A stretch of 38,262 bases of DNA. Origin: Parcubacteria group bacterium Gr01-1014_33 (lineage in GTDB: Bacteria > Patescibacteriota > Minisyncoccia > Sungbacterales > HO2-52-23). This document shows positions 9,112 to 18,006 of the stretch, piece after piece. Below the pieces are notes generated by a model. That model saw only the letters and a list, made by a program, of their open reading frames with translations. It had not been told where the DNA came from and searched no databases. The stretch's first letter is position 1; each line of letters begins with the position of its first letter. The stretch covers positions 1 through 38,262 of the forward strand of contig VMFQ01000007.1 of NCBI GenBank assembly GCA_007376125.1. Direction: 5' to 3'. Made by a program: the position numbers and the translations under genes.

Positions 9112-10878
9112 ATGCTTGGAAGACGAGAAAGATCGCCCGCTCCAATAGAAACAGCGCATGATCAGGAGGAGCCAAAAATCATTCCTCAAGGTCCCAAGTT
9201 GCAATACTTGGATCGCGCGTTTGGTATTCTCCGGGGTCTTGAAAGGGATCCTTTGGGAGAAGAACCAAAGTGGTTTGAGCTTTGGCAGAAAGTAGAGCGG
9301 TATAGAGATGGCGTGGAACTTGCAGACAATATACGCAAAGTGGTCGTGGATTTTATTGCCTCCAAGATTCCGCGTCTTAAGGAAGAAATATCGCCGTTAG
9401 ACACCATTTCGGATGAGAATATCCGAGACGCGCTTTTACACAATTGGTTTGAGAAGGCAGAGGAAGAAGGCGAGATTTCCGGAAAGCGGCGAGAAATTCT
9501 GCTTATGGTAATGGCGCATGTGGTAAAGCGGATTGAAAACGCCGTTTATAAAAAAACGATTGCCAACGCGGCGGAAGAGGATCTTGAAAAAATAGGACTT
9601 AATAATTCTTTACGTAAACTCGTTATTGATGTCATGGATACCGCAATCAGGGCTGATCCGCTTATTATCCGATTTATGGCCTACGCCAAAGCGACTCCTC
9701 CTCCGCCGAAAGGAGCATCGGTATTAGGACTTGATGTCCCCGGACATAAAAAGCCATACACGATTGCATCACTTTTCCCCAATGAGACATATACACTCTC
9801 AAGACATTTCCATGCAATCGCGGAACAAAACGAAGAATGGATAACCCAACCCGGCGGCGCAATATTCAAAGAGTACCTTGAAGCGTTGTCCGTGTGTTAT
9901 AAAGAAAAAGATGTTGCTCAAGCGGAAATCCTTCATAAAGAGGTATCTCGTCTCTATAGAGAGCTTCTCACATCGGAATTTCCGATTGTCATAACTCCCA
10001 CGCTTGAATCAGGATATAAAGAGCCCTATCTTGATCCTGAATTACGAGTATCGGTGGCAACGCCTGACGCGTGCGAAGAAGAACTTATTTTCAAACCCGC
10101 GCAAAACGCAATGGCGGAGAGTTTAGGGGTTTTGGGAGTGCCCGAGTTTTCTGACTCTATGAGAAACGCGCCGGTTCGTATTCTCAACACATTCGGAGGA
10201 TATGGAATAAACCTTAACTGTAATGCGGTTGCCCAAGAACGTCCCGCGATCACGATGTACCTTAATGAGCAATTAAGAAGCTATGACAGAGATTTTCCCG
10301 AAGTGCTTGCAAAAATAAATAATACGGAGAGCGAGTTCGTCAATCTTGGATCAGAAGAACGAAAAATGCGTATAGAGAGAATGTCCCGCGCAAATACGAT
10401 TATGCATGAATATGCGCATTACGCGTATCTTAATGACACCCCGGAATCGCTCCGTTTCGGAGGGAGACGAGTTTTCCGGAAAATTAACGAGATAAAAGCC
10501 GAGATTTTATACCGGCCGCTTATTCCCTCAATTATTGAAAAAAGAGGGCTTGAAGGGACAAAAGAACAGTGGGCGATCGCGCTATTGGCCGCTTCTTTCC
10601 AGATGCTTGGAGATATGCCCGAAGATGATCCTTATTGGCACGGAGCCGCATATTGCCTCAATAATCTTTTTGAGAGCGGCGCAGTAACACTTGAGAACGG
10701 TAAAGCGGTGATAAAGAATTTTGATTTATACTACCTGACTCAAAAGTCAGCCGCAGAAGATATGATCCGATTGCATCAAGATCCCGCTATGACCGAACGC
10801 AAAGCGGCGCAATGGATAAAGCAGAAGTGTATACCAAATGAAAAAGTGCGTGCGGCAATGGAATCCCTTTCTCTTTAA
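9112..10878 (+). CDS. HExxH zinc-metallopeptidase-like protein (M49/CiaB-like)
   Basis: IMHEYAH followed by INEIKAE; family call from memory of the motif pattern. Confidence 0.55.
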   Translation: MLGRRERSPAPIETAHDQEEPKIIPQGPKLQYLDRAFGILRGLERDPLGEEPKWFELWQKVERYRDGVELADNIRKVVVDFIASKIPRLKEEISPLDTISDENIRDALLHNWFEKAEEEGEISGKRREILLMVMAHVVKRIENAVYKKTIANAAEEDLEKIGLNNSLRKLVIDVMDTAIRADPLIIRFMAYAKATPPPPKGASVLGLDVPGHKKPYTIASLFPNETYTLSRHFHAIAEQNEEWITQPGGAIFKEYLEALSVCYKEKDVAQAEILHKEVSRLYRELLTSEFPIVITPTLESGYKEPYLDPELRVSVATPDACEEELIFKPAQNAMAESLGVLGVPEFSDSMRNAPVRILNTFGGYGINLNCNAVAQERPAITMYLNEQLRSYDRDFPEVLAKINNTESEFVNLGSEERKMRIERMSRANTIMHEYAHYAYLNDTPESLRFGGRRVFRKINEIKAEILYRPLIPSIIEKRGLEGTKEQWAIALLAASFQMLGDMPEDDPYWHGAAYCLNNLFESGAVTLENGKAVIKNFDLYYLTQKSAAEDMIRLHQDPAMTERKAAQWIKQKCIPNEKVRAAMESLSL

Positions 10879-10908
10879 ATGGTACATCAGCCCCATGAGA
10901 GTAATTTC

Positions 10909-10938
10909 AAATCGGCATTGAAGAATGCCGGTTTTTTT
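10909..10938 (+). terminator. Intrinsic terminator
   Basis: cggcatt-gaag-aatgccg followed by a T7 run. Confidence 0.75.
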
Positions 10939-11112
10939 ATAATGTGTCACTCTACCGATTTTCACCAAAATCTTAAGGGGACACACGCGAACGGCATATC
11001 AACTCATCAGCTTTCCGTAAATTCCAGTATCATGCGTGAAGCAATAGGCGGCAGGAGCGGACAATTTGGGGAATGCTGACTTATGGATTTACCGGACACG
11101 GCGCTACCCAAA

Positions 11113-11150
11113 TACTCTCATTTCATTACGATCGTAATGGAATGAGAGTA
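11113..11150. repeat. ACGATCGT-centred palindrome, copy 1
   Basis: tactctcatttcatt-acgatcgt-aatggaatgagagta. Confidence 0.85.
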
Positions 11151-11151
11151 T

Positions 11152-11218
11152 GAGACCATTACAAAACTCGGTATTAATGGCTCATATAAGCCAATTTTAA
11201 GAGTTTTGTAACCATCTC
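11152..11218. mobile_element. Short 67-bp family A element
   Basis: Right end gttttgtaaccatctc identical to the 790-964 element; TSD TAT. Confidence 0.8.
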
Positions 11219-11233
11219 TATATCACTATGGGT

Positions 11234-11269
11234 AAAAAATGCCGCCCTTTTCGTGATATCACGGGGCGG
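11234..11269 (-). terminator. Terminator of the minus-strand HTH gene
   Basis: ccgccc...gggcgg then T6 on the minus strand. Confidence 0.55.
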
Positions 11270-12200
11270 ACTTTTTGTGAGAATCTGTAATAAAGGCCCA
11301 TCCTTTATCGCCTTCAAAATCCCAGAGTTTTGACCGCGAATCAAGTTGTGCTCCCGAGCGGTGTGATATTTTTCTTTCGGTGGGCAATTCTACCATCGTC
11401 TTTTGCGCGATATATTCTCTAGGAAATATAAAGATGCGGACAGCATTTTTCCACTTCTGGACTATGCATAGAAATTCGTTTGAGCGGACCGTGCCTATAT
11501 GGATTGAACTATAAGGTACGCGGCCATACGTACTTTTATGATGAGCGCGGTCCGTATGCTTCAAATGAATAATTTTTTCGCCAAGCTGTACTTTTGAGTG
11601 ATCTATAATAAGATTTTCTCCGCTCTCTTTGTAGCACGGTTCAAACAGTATCTTGCGGCGAAAGCATTCATCCTGTACTGCGCGATACCACCATGGTAGA
11701 TTTTCAACCGCGAGAGAAGACAGAAGCGCCTGCTCTCTTTTCTTCTGTGCGCGTCGAGCGCGTCTCCCTTTCTCACCAGAATATATTCCTGCTCGTATTC
11801 CCGCAACTCGTATGGCTTCGCGACTCAACCCGTTGAATTCTTTCCCCATGTCTTGTAAAGAAAGGTCGGTCTCATTAAGGAAGTGTTTCAGACGGTCAAT
11901 GTTCTTCGCATATTCAGGATGTTCTGTCCCGAAGATTTTGTCTCTTCGCCCTTTGCTTTTTTTGCCTCTGGGCCGTCCACGTTGCTTTTTATTTGCGTCA
12001 TACTTATCAAGCACGCGCTTTAGAAATGTACACGCAACTTTTGGCGGACTATTCCTTGTGGGTATAATCGTCTTTTTGTGAAAGGGGATGCGGTCACAAC
12101 CTGCATATGCATAGGTCAAAAGTGTGCGGGGCTTTAGTTGAAGATGCCGTGCGGCCTCTTCAAGCGTAAGTATTTCCGTATCTTCTCTTTCTTCATCCAT
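11259..12200 (-). CDS. Multi-domain DNA-binding protein: excisionase-like HTH, AT-hook, second HTH
   Basis: ILTLEEAARHLQLKPRTL; KQRGRPRG; LSLQDMGKEFNGLSREAIR; SD AGGAG 7 nt before ATG 12200. Confidence 0.7.
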   Translation of the reverse strand: MDEEREDTEILTLEEAARHLQLKPRTLLTYAYAGCDRIPFHKKTIIPTRNSPPKVACTFLKRVLDKYDANKKQRGRPRGKKSKGRRDKIFGTEHPEYAKNIDRLKHFLNETDLSLQDMGKEFNGLSREAIRVAGIRAGIYSGEKGRRARRAQKKREQALLSSLAVENLPWWYRAVQDECFRRKILFEPCYKESGENLIIDHSKVQLGEKIIHLKHTDRAHHKSTYGRVPYSSIHIGTVRSNEFLCIVQKWKNAVRIFIFPREYIAQKTMVELPTERKISHRSGAQLDSRSKLWDFEGDKGWAFITDSHKKSAP

Positions 12201-12207
12201 TCCATTT

Positions 12208-12280
12208 CTCCTTTGTTTTGCGCATGTAAAAGAGCTCTTTCTTTTTACCGAAAGATACTCTATAATCTGTAGTATGTCAA
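12208..12280 (-). promoter_or_regulatory. Promoter, boxA and SD of the HTH gene, overlapping the secA promoter
   Basis: TTGACA (12280-12275)-17-TATCTT; GCTCTTTTACA (12235-12225); AGGAG (12212-12208). Confidence 0.6.
12261..12266 (+). promoter_or_regulatory. -10 box of a probably leaderless secA mRNA
   Basis: TATAAT 7 nt before the ATG; no SD. Confidence 0.55.
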
Positions 12281-15153
12281 TCTTCACAAAAATCTTGGGG
12301 GACGCAAACGAGCGGTATATAAAATCGCTTCTTCCGATCGTCCAGAAAGTGAACGAGTATGAAAAAGAGTACGAAACACTCTCGGATGACGGGCTAAAAA
12401 ATTGTACCGTGGAATTTAAAGCGCGATTGGAAAAAGGCGATACGCTTGACGATATTTTGCCGGAAGCGTTTGCGGTGGTGCGCGAAGCGTCAAAGCGGGC
12501 AATCGGAAAGCGCCATTTTGACGTGCAGTTAATCGGTGGAATCGTGCTCCATCAAGGCAAAATCGCCGAGATGAAAACCGGCGAGGGAAAAACGCTCGTG
12601 GCAACCCTTCCATTATACTTGCACTCTTTGGCAGGGATTGGGGCGCATTTGGTTACCCCGAACGATTATCTTTCGCGAATCGGCGCCGGATGGATGGGGC
12701 CGGTGTATCACGCGCTCGGAGTTTCTGTCGGAGTGGTTTGCCACGATATATCGGGAATATACGATCCGGAATATAAAGATTCCCAGCCACACGGAGACGA
12801 ACGGCTCGCGCATTTTAGGCCCTGTACACGGCACGAGGCATACGCGGCAGACATTACATACGGCACGAATAACGAATTCGGGTTTGACTATCTTCGCGAC
12901 AATCTTGAATATCTTCCCGCGGAACTTCGCCAGTCCCGATTGCACCGCGATCGAGGATTTCCCGATTTTTCTTCTCACCATGTTGACAATGAAATCGAGG
13001 ATCCTCGACAACATCGGGACTCAATTCCGGAGGAGTCGGGACGCGTGCATTACTACGCGCTTGTGGATGAGGTTGACTCAATTTTAATTGACGAGGCGCG
13101 CACACCTTTGATAATCTCGGCGCCGGATACGGAATCCGCCGATCTCTATCAGGTGTTTTCTCGGATTACGCCTCAACTCAAAGAAAACGAGGATTATAAT
13201 GTGGATGAAAAAATGCGCGCGGTTGCGATGGCGGAAAAGGGAATTGATAAAGTGGAGCACATATTAAACATTGGGAATATCTACGAAGAAAAGGGAATAC
13301 GATTTGTGCATCACCTTGAGCAGGCGCTTCGCGCAAAAGCGCTTTTTCATAAAGACAAAGATTATGTGGTAAAAGACGGCGAGGTAATAATAGTGGATGA
13401 ATTTACCGGACGCCTCATGCCCGGTAGGCGTTGGAGCGAGGGATTACACCAAGCGGTTGAGGCGAAAGAAGGCGTGAAAGTCCAGCAGGAATCGCGGACG
13501 CTTGCCACCATCACGTTTCAAAATTATTTCCGCATGTATAAACGGCTCGCGGGCATGACTGGGACCGCGCAAACAAGCGCGGAAGAATTCCATAAAGTAT
13601 ATGCGATTGACGTGATTACGATTCCCACGCACCGTCCCATGATACGGCGCGATGAGCCGGATCTTGTCTTTCGCACCGAGAACGGAAAATTTCAAGCGGT
13701 TATCCGCGAAGTAAAAGAAAAATATGAGAAAGGCCAGCCAGTATTGATCGGCACGGTGTCAATTGAAAAAAACGAGCGGCTTTCCAAAATGCTTCAAGTG
13801 GAAGGAGTTCCCCATGAGCTATTAAACGCGAAAAACCACGAGCGCGAGGCGTTGATTATTGCCGAGGCCGGGAAAAAAGGCGCGGTAACGGTTGCGACCA
13901 ATATGGCGGGGCGAGGAGTGGATATTATTCTGGGAGGAGCGCTTCCTTCGGAAATCAAAAATTCGGAGGAATATAAAGAAGGAGAGGGGGAATACAAAGA
14001 AGTGCGCGCCGCGGGCGGACTCCACGTCATTGGCACCGAGCGCCATGAAGCCCGCCGGATTGATAATCAGTTGCGTGGACGCTCCGGCAGGCAAGGAGAT
14101 CCAGGATCTTCCCGATTTTTTGTGTCTCTGGAGGATGACGTAATGCGTATTTTCGGATCGGAACGGATCAAGAATATGATGGAATCTTTGGGCATACCCG
14201 AAGATCAGCCGATTGAAGCAAAAATGGTATCACGTGCGATTGAGGCGGCGCAGGCAAAAATTGAGGGGTTTCATTTTGACACGCGGAAGCATGTCTTGGA
14301 ATACGACGATGTGCTTAATAAGCAGAGGGATGCGATATATCGTTTAAGAAGAGAAATACTTTTTTCCGAGGCGGCTAACTTAGTTTCCATTGAGGAAACT
14401 AAGTTCGGCGCGGAGGAACCAGAGAACAAATTCTCTCCGAGCGAAGCGGAGAAGACACCTTTGAAGGAAAGAATTTTCGAAATGCTTGAAGAAGAAATTT
14501 CTCGGATTGTTGAATTTCACACCCAAGAAAGTTCGGAAGAAAATTGGAATCTTGAAGAGATTTCTGAAGCAATAAAAGCAATAGCGGGCGGCTTGGATGA
14601 TCTTCATGCGGACCTTCGCGCGATAGCTGCGGAAAAAATTGATACGGAAGAGAAACGATCAAAAATTATTGAATATATTGTTAAAGCGCTTCGTGTCAAA
14701 TATGATACCCGCGAAAAAGAAATAGGGGAGGATGGCATGCGGAATATTGAGCGCGTGGTAATGTTGCGCTCAATTGATATGCTTTGGATGGAACATTTGG
14801 ATCAAATGGAGCATTTGCGCGATTCGGTTCGCCTTCGCGCCTACGGCCAGCGCGATCCGTTGGTGGAATATAAAAACGAGGGCTCACGCATGTTCCGCGA
14901 ATTACAAACCGCGATTCGTGCGCAAATTGTAAATACGATATTTAAAGTGGGCGGAACCCCGAGGCAAGAACAGGCAGTGAGAATTGAAGGAAAACGCCCT
15001 CATATATTGCCCGAGCAAAATCAAGGGCTTACATTACATGTTCAGCCGGAAGCCGATAGTGGGAAGCCGGTAACTATGAAATCCGAGCCAAATAGAAATG
15101 ATCCCTGCTTTTGCGGCTCGGGGAAAAAGTATAAGAAGTGCCATGGAAAATAA
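12274..15153 (+). CDS. secA: Preprotein translocase subunit SecA
   Basis: MKTGEGKT, DEVDSILIDEARTPLIIS, TNMAGRG, QLRGRSGRQGD and a C-terminal SEC-C motif. Confidence 0.99.
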   Translation: MSIFTKILGDANERYIKSLLPIVQKVNEYEKEYETLSDDGLKNCTVEFKARLEKGDTLDDILPEAFAVVREASKRAIGKRHFDVQLIGGIVLHQGKIAEMKTGEGKTLVATLPLYLHSLAGIGAHLVTPNDYLSRIGAGWMGPVYHALGVSVGVVCHDISGIYDPEYKDSQPHGDERLAHFRPCTRHEAYAADITYGTNNEFGFDYLRDNLEYLPAELRQSRLHRDRGFPDFSSHHVDNEIEDPRQHRDSIPEESGRVHYYALVDEVDSILIDEARTPLIISAPDTESADLYQVFSRITPQLKENEDYNVDEKMRAVAMAEKGIDKVEHILNIGNIYEEKGIRFVHHLEQALRAKALFHKDKDYVVKDGEVIIVDEFTGRLMPGRRWSEGLHQAVEAKEGVKVQQESRTLATITFQNYFRMYKRLAGMTGTAQTSAEEFHKVYAIDVITIPTHRPMIRRDEPDLVFRTENGKFQAVIREVKEKYEKGQPVLIGTVSIEKNERLSKMLQVEGVPHELLNAKNHEREALIIAEAGKKGAVTVATNMAGRGVDIILGGALPSEIKNSEEYKEGEGEYKEVRAAGGLHVIGTERHEARRIDNQLRGRSGRQGDPGSSRFFVSLEDDVMRIFGSERIKNMMESLGIPEDQPIEAKMVSRAIEAAQAKIEGFHFDTRKHVLEYDDVLNKQRDAIYRLRREILFSEAANLVSIEETKFGAEEPENKFSPSEAEKTPLKERIFEMLEEEISRIVEFHTQESSEENWNLEEISEAIKAIAGGLDDLHADLRAIAAEKIDTEEKRSKIIEYIVKALRVKYDTREKEIGEDGMRNIERVVMLRSIDMLWMEHLDQMEHLRDSVRLRAYGQRDPLVEYKNEGSRMFRELQTAIRAQIVNTIFKVGGTPRQEQAVRIEGKRPHILPEQNQGLTLHVQPEADSGKPVTMKSEPNRNDPCFCGSGKKYKKCHGK
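12934..13041. mobile_element. 108-bp in-frame TCCCGA...TCGGGA palindromic insertion in secA
   Basis: Removal restores LRQ-RVHYYALVDEVD; terminal inverted repeat; nested IR ending at 13020. Confidence 0.85.
14377..14405. repeat. AAACTAAGTT-family palindrome in frame inside secA
   Basis: aacttagtttcc-attga-ggaaactaagtt. Confidence 0.8.
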
Positions 15154-15427
15154 AGAAAAAATAAAACAAAGAATGTTGCGGGAGGGTTTTTCAATCATAA
15201 GTGAGTATGATGATCCTCCGAATGAAGTATTCCCAGATCATGACCATCCTGGAGATCAACTATTGATTATTGTGAGAGGTTCGATTGAAGTCACGGTGAG
15301 TGGAAAAACTTCAATTCTTAAACCGCGAGACGAAATATTCTTCCCCGCAAAAGTAGTACACAAGGCTAAAATTGGTCCAGAGGGGTGCTTGTATATCGAT
15401 GGTGAACGTCCTGCGGCTCAGGAATGA
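15143..15427 (+). CDS. Cupin domain protein
   Basis: PDHDHP...Q, GSIEV, RDEIFFPAKVVH. Confidence 0.9.
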   Translation: MENKEKIKQRMLREGFSIISEYDDPPNEVFPDHDHPGDQLLIIVRGSIEVTVSGKTSILKPRDEIFFPAKVVHKAKIGPEGCLYIDGERPAAQE

Positions 15428-15432
15428 AAAGG

Positions 15433-15453
15433 AAGAAGTGTCATGGGAGATAA
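15433..15453 (+). repeat. Diverged duplicate of the secA 3' end (KKCHGR*)
   Basis: 18/21 identical to 15133-15153. Confidence 0.75.
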
Positions 15454-15455
15454 AT

Positions 15456-15489
15456 AACATTCCAACATTCTTGAGAATATCGGAATGTT
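15456..15489. repeat. AACATTCC palindrome, copy 2
   Basis: 33/34 match to the reverse complement of 1834-1867. Confidence 0.9.
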
Positions 15490-15516
15490 AAAGATGAAAA
15501 ATGAAATTTTTATTAT

Positions 15517-15545
15517 TTGACAGGCTATTAGAATAAAATTATAAT
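15517..15545 (+). promoter_or_regulatory. Consensus sigma70 promoter upstream of the TA cluster
   Basis: TTGACA-17-TATAAT. Confidence 0.8.
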
Positions 15546-15575
15546 CAAAATATATGACCCAGTAATACAACAATA

Positions 15576-15695
15576 CAACTTCGGCTGACCCCGCCAAGCG
15601 GGATCATAAAGGAGTTTTTTGTTTTACTGGGCAAAATTCGACAGGCAAAGAATGGTCAGAAATGTTTTTGAACGTTCTTTGTTCTGCCGAAGTTG
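15576..15695. mobile_element. CAACTTCGGC-TIR element, copy 2
   Basis: 10-bp TIR; TSD ATA. Confidence 0.7.
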
Positions 15696-15705
15696 ATATA
15701 CTGGG

Positions 15706-15936
15706 ATGACACAAAAACTCTTGAAAATCGGCTCTTCTGCCGTAGTAACTATTCCCAAAAAATCCCTCAAAGAACTCGGCCTCAAAGTGGGGGACGAGGT
15801 GCGAGTTGTGGTTGATGTAGACGAGAAGCGGGTAGTGATTGAATCAAGAGGGAAAATAAATAAAGAAGTGCTTTCTTGGATCGATAGGTTTATAAAGATG
15901 TATCGTCCCGCATTAAAGGCGCTTGCTAAGAAATAG
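15706..15936 (+). CDS. AbrB/MazE-family antitoxin
   Basis: KIGSSAVVTIPKKSLKELGLKVGDEV. Confidence 0.9.
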   Translation: MTQKLLKIGSSAVVTIPKKSLKELGLKVGDEVRVVVDVDEKRVVIESRGKINKEVLSWIDRFIKMYRPALKALAKK

Positions 15937-15945
15937 TTGCCTCTC

Positions 15946-16336
15946 ATGAACTATTTATCAGCAGAGGATGTTTTGGTGATTCATGCGCGCATCATAGGCG
16001 AGACCGGTGGAGCACACGGTGTTCGTGATACGCATCTTTTGGGATCTATTGTTGAGCGACCAAAAATGCAGTTTGGCGGGAAAATACCTAACTGTTTTTG
16101 ATAAAGCGGTGGTCTATTTTGAATCATGCGCGCGCCATCATGTATTTATTGACGGCAATAAGCGAACCGCGATTGCTCTTGCCGCTCGGTTTTTATTTTT
16201 GAACGGATACGAATTAAAGGCTACTAATCGTACATTGGAGAATTTTGTGCTGGATGCGGTAGTGAAGCGATACGATATTTCGGTTATTGCAGTATGGTTC
16301 AAAGAGCATTCAAAGGGGGATATAAAGAAACGCTAA
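15946..16336 (+). pseudogene. doc: Doc/Fic-family toxin, frameshifted near 16084
   Basis: N-half MNYLSAEDVLVIH..GVRD..RPKMQFGGK is in one frame; HVFIDGNKRTA is in the +1 frame. Confidence 0.85.
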
Positions 16337-16345
16337 AATTTTATA

Positions 16346-16693
16346 ATGACTATCGAAATCATAAAAAACCAAATATCAAAAAGCGCCCTTTCGGATATTG
16401 CCAAGAATCAATTCGGGGACTTTGTAAAAGCCGCGGTGGATGTTGAAAAAGAGATCATGGCGATTGGCGGGGAGTTGCATGCGGATTGCGAAGCAGTGCT
16501 TCTTGAGGAAGGATCCCGACAAGAAAACGTGTGGGGCATTAATCTCTACGTCGAAAAAGGCGAGAACGAATGGATAGAGTTTAATTCCATGATCAACGTG
16601 CGTCCGTCGCGCGGAAATAAATCGCGAGGGGTGGAAGACGAAGGGGTGCGGGAGAAAATCAGGGGAGTGGTGAAAAAAATAGTGAGCGCATAA
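16346..16693 (+). CDS. DUF5674-like protein
   Basis: GGELHADCE, NVWGINLY, SMINVRP. Confidence 0.7.
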   Translation: MTIEIIKNQISKSALSDIAKNQFGDFVKAAVDVEKEIMAIGGELHADCEAVLLEEGSRQENVWGINLYVEKGENEWIEFNSMINVRPSRGNKSRGVEDEGVREKIRGVVKKIVSA

Positions 16694-16695
16694 TT

Positions 16696-17152
16696 ATGCG
16701 GTATCATCATGAGAGTATGGAAGAACTATACATATTATAGTCCCTGAACTTGTTGAAGGGCTACCTTAATGGCATTTTTAATCAAGGTATGGCTCGGGCA
16801 AGCTCAGTCAATAACTATTTTTCTAAAGTCTCATCATACTCTATTGGCAGGCGGGAAGTGGCATACACTTTCTCTTATTGAACAGATGGCAAATATCGGG
16901 AGCGAAGTGAGCCGCGCAAAAGAATGGCAAGAGAAAAATGAGAAATATTTTGAGAACGCGATTACGCGCGCGTTTGAACTCCTTGATCTCACTATTCAAG
17001 ACGCGAGGTGGCGCACGCGTTTGAAAGAACTCACGCGAGCGCGAGAAATTCTTGCCGATGCGACTTTAGGCGGAAAAGAATATAAAAGCTCGTTAGAGGA
17101 TTTAGAACGTTATTTTTATCATTTTGCCCTTGCCGCGCGGATTCATAAGTAA
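16696..17152 (+). pseudogene. Small helical protein (EQMANIGSEV) with a ~127-bp insertion near its 5' end
   Basis: Deleting 16711-16837 between tcatcat direct repeats gives MRYHHTLLAGGKW... (109 aa); an ATG inside the insert (16769) may rescue it. Confidence 0.6.
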
Positions 17153-17200
17153 TTTTTCTCATGCGTACCGGGCTTAAATATTTATAGTAAGCTTACCCGT

Positions 17201-17419
17201 ATGAACACAATCACTATACCCAAAAAAATAGCCCAAAAGGGTGATTTAGTCCTAATTCCTTTAAAAGAATACGAAGAACTCCGCGGACTTAAGAGAGTAA
17301 GAGAGTTTGCGCCAAGCGCCGCACAGAAGAAAGCATTAGTGAGAGCAGAGAAAAATCTAAAACGGCGAAAAACACTCTCTTACAATGAACTTGTCTCCAA
17401 GCTGGGATTTACAAGTTGA
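17201..17419 (+). CDS. Putative antitoxin
   Basis: DLVLIPLKEYEEL; overlaps the RelE-type gene. Confidence 0.7.
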   Translation: MNTITIPKKIAQKGDLVLIPLKEYEELRGLKRVREFAPSAAQKKALVRAEKNLKRRKTLSYNELVSKLGFTS

Positions 17420-17654
17420 CCCAAGTGTCTATAAAGTACTCAAAAAATTGCCTCGTCAAGACGCTGAGGCAATTTTACAAGTTATCAAATTGCTACCGGT
17501 GAATCCTTATTTTGGAGATATTCAGAAGATGAGAGGAGAGGAAGATACATGGAGAAGACGTGTTGGCTCTTATCGGATTTTCTATAAAATGAAAGTTTCA
17601 GAAAAAGTCGTTCTGGTATTCCGTACGGAACGGCGGAGTTCAAAAACATATTGA
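17385..17654 (+). CDS. RelE/ParE-family toxin
   Basis: WRRRVGSYRIFY; ERRSSKTY end. Confidence 0.88.
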   Translation: MNLSPSWDLQVDPSVYKVLKKLPRQDAEAILQVIKLLPVNPYFGDIQKMRGEEDTWRRRVGSYRIFYKMKVSEKVVLVFRTERRSSKTY

Positions 17655-17752
17655 GAGTTATGTACCAAAAATATAACGGGAAAAGTACAATCTTATTGCG
17701 CCAGATAGCATCTTGTGAACAAAGGGCGTGCTAAAATGAGGCAACACGCGGA

Positions 17753-17781
17753 TTGTTTGTTTCCGTTATCTGTGATATAAT
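17753..17781 (+). promoter_or_regulatory. Promoter, leaderless
   Basis: TTGTTT-17-TATAAT with TGn extension; ATG 6 nt later. Confidence 0.6.
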
Positions 17782-17787
17782 ACATAT

Positions 17788-18006
17788 ATGTATAACTGGT
17801 CAGTGGACGAGAAAAAATTCAAAAAAGAAGACCCGGAGGGATACAAAATCTGGCGGCTTGAGCAGATGATAAATTATGGCAAGCCCGGAGAGAAAATAAG
17901 TGAACGGGCCGTGAGAAAACATTGGAAAGTAATTCGAGATCGCATAGATCCGCATTATCGCAGATTTTTAGAAGTACTCTTATGGCCAAAACGCAAAGTA
18001 TCTTAA
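17788..18006 (+). CDS. Small partner of the AbiEii-type nucleotidyltransferase (DUF6922-like)
   Basis: WSVD...LEQMINYG; overlaps the downstream gene. Confidence 0.7.
   Translation: MYNWSVDEKKFKKEDPEGYKIWRLEQMINYGKPGEKISERAVRKHWKVIRDRIDPHYRRFLEVLLWPKRKVS

Noticed and set aside
10879-11100. 66-aa ORF or ncRNA after the peptidase gene
   Set aside because: It crosses the terminator and has no recognisable RNA-family or protein motif
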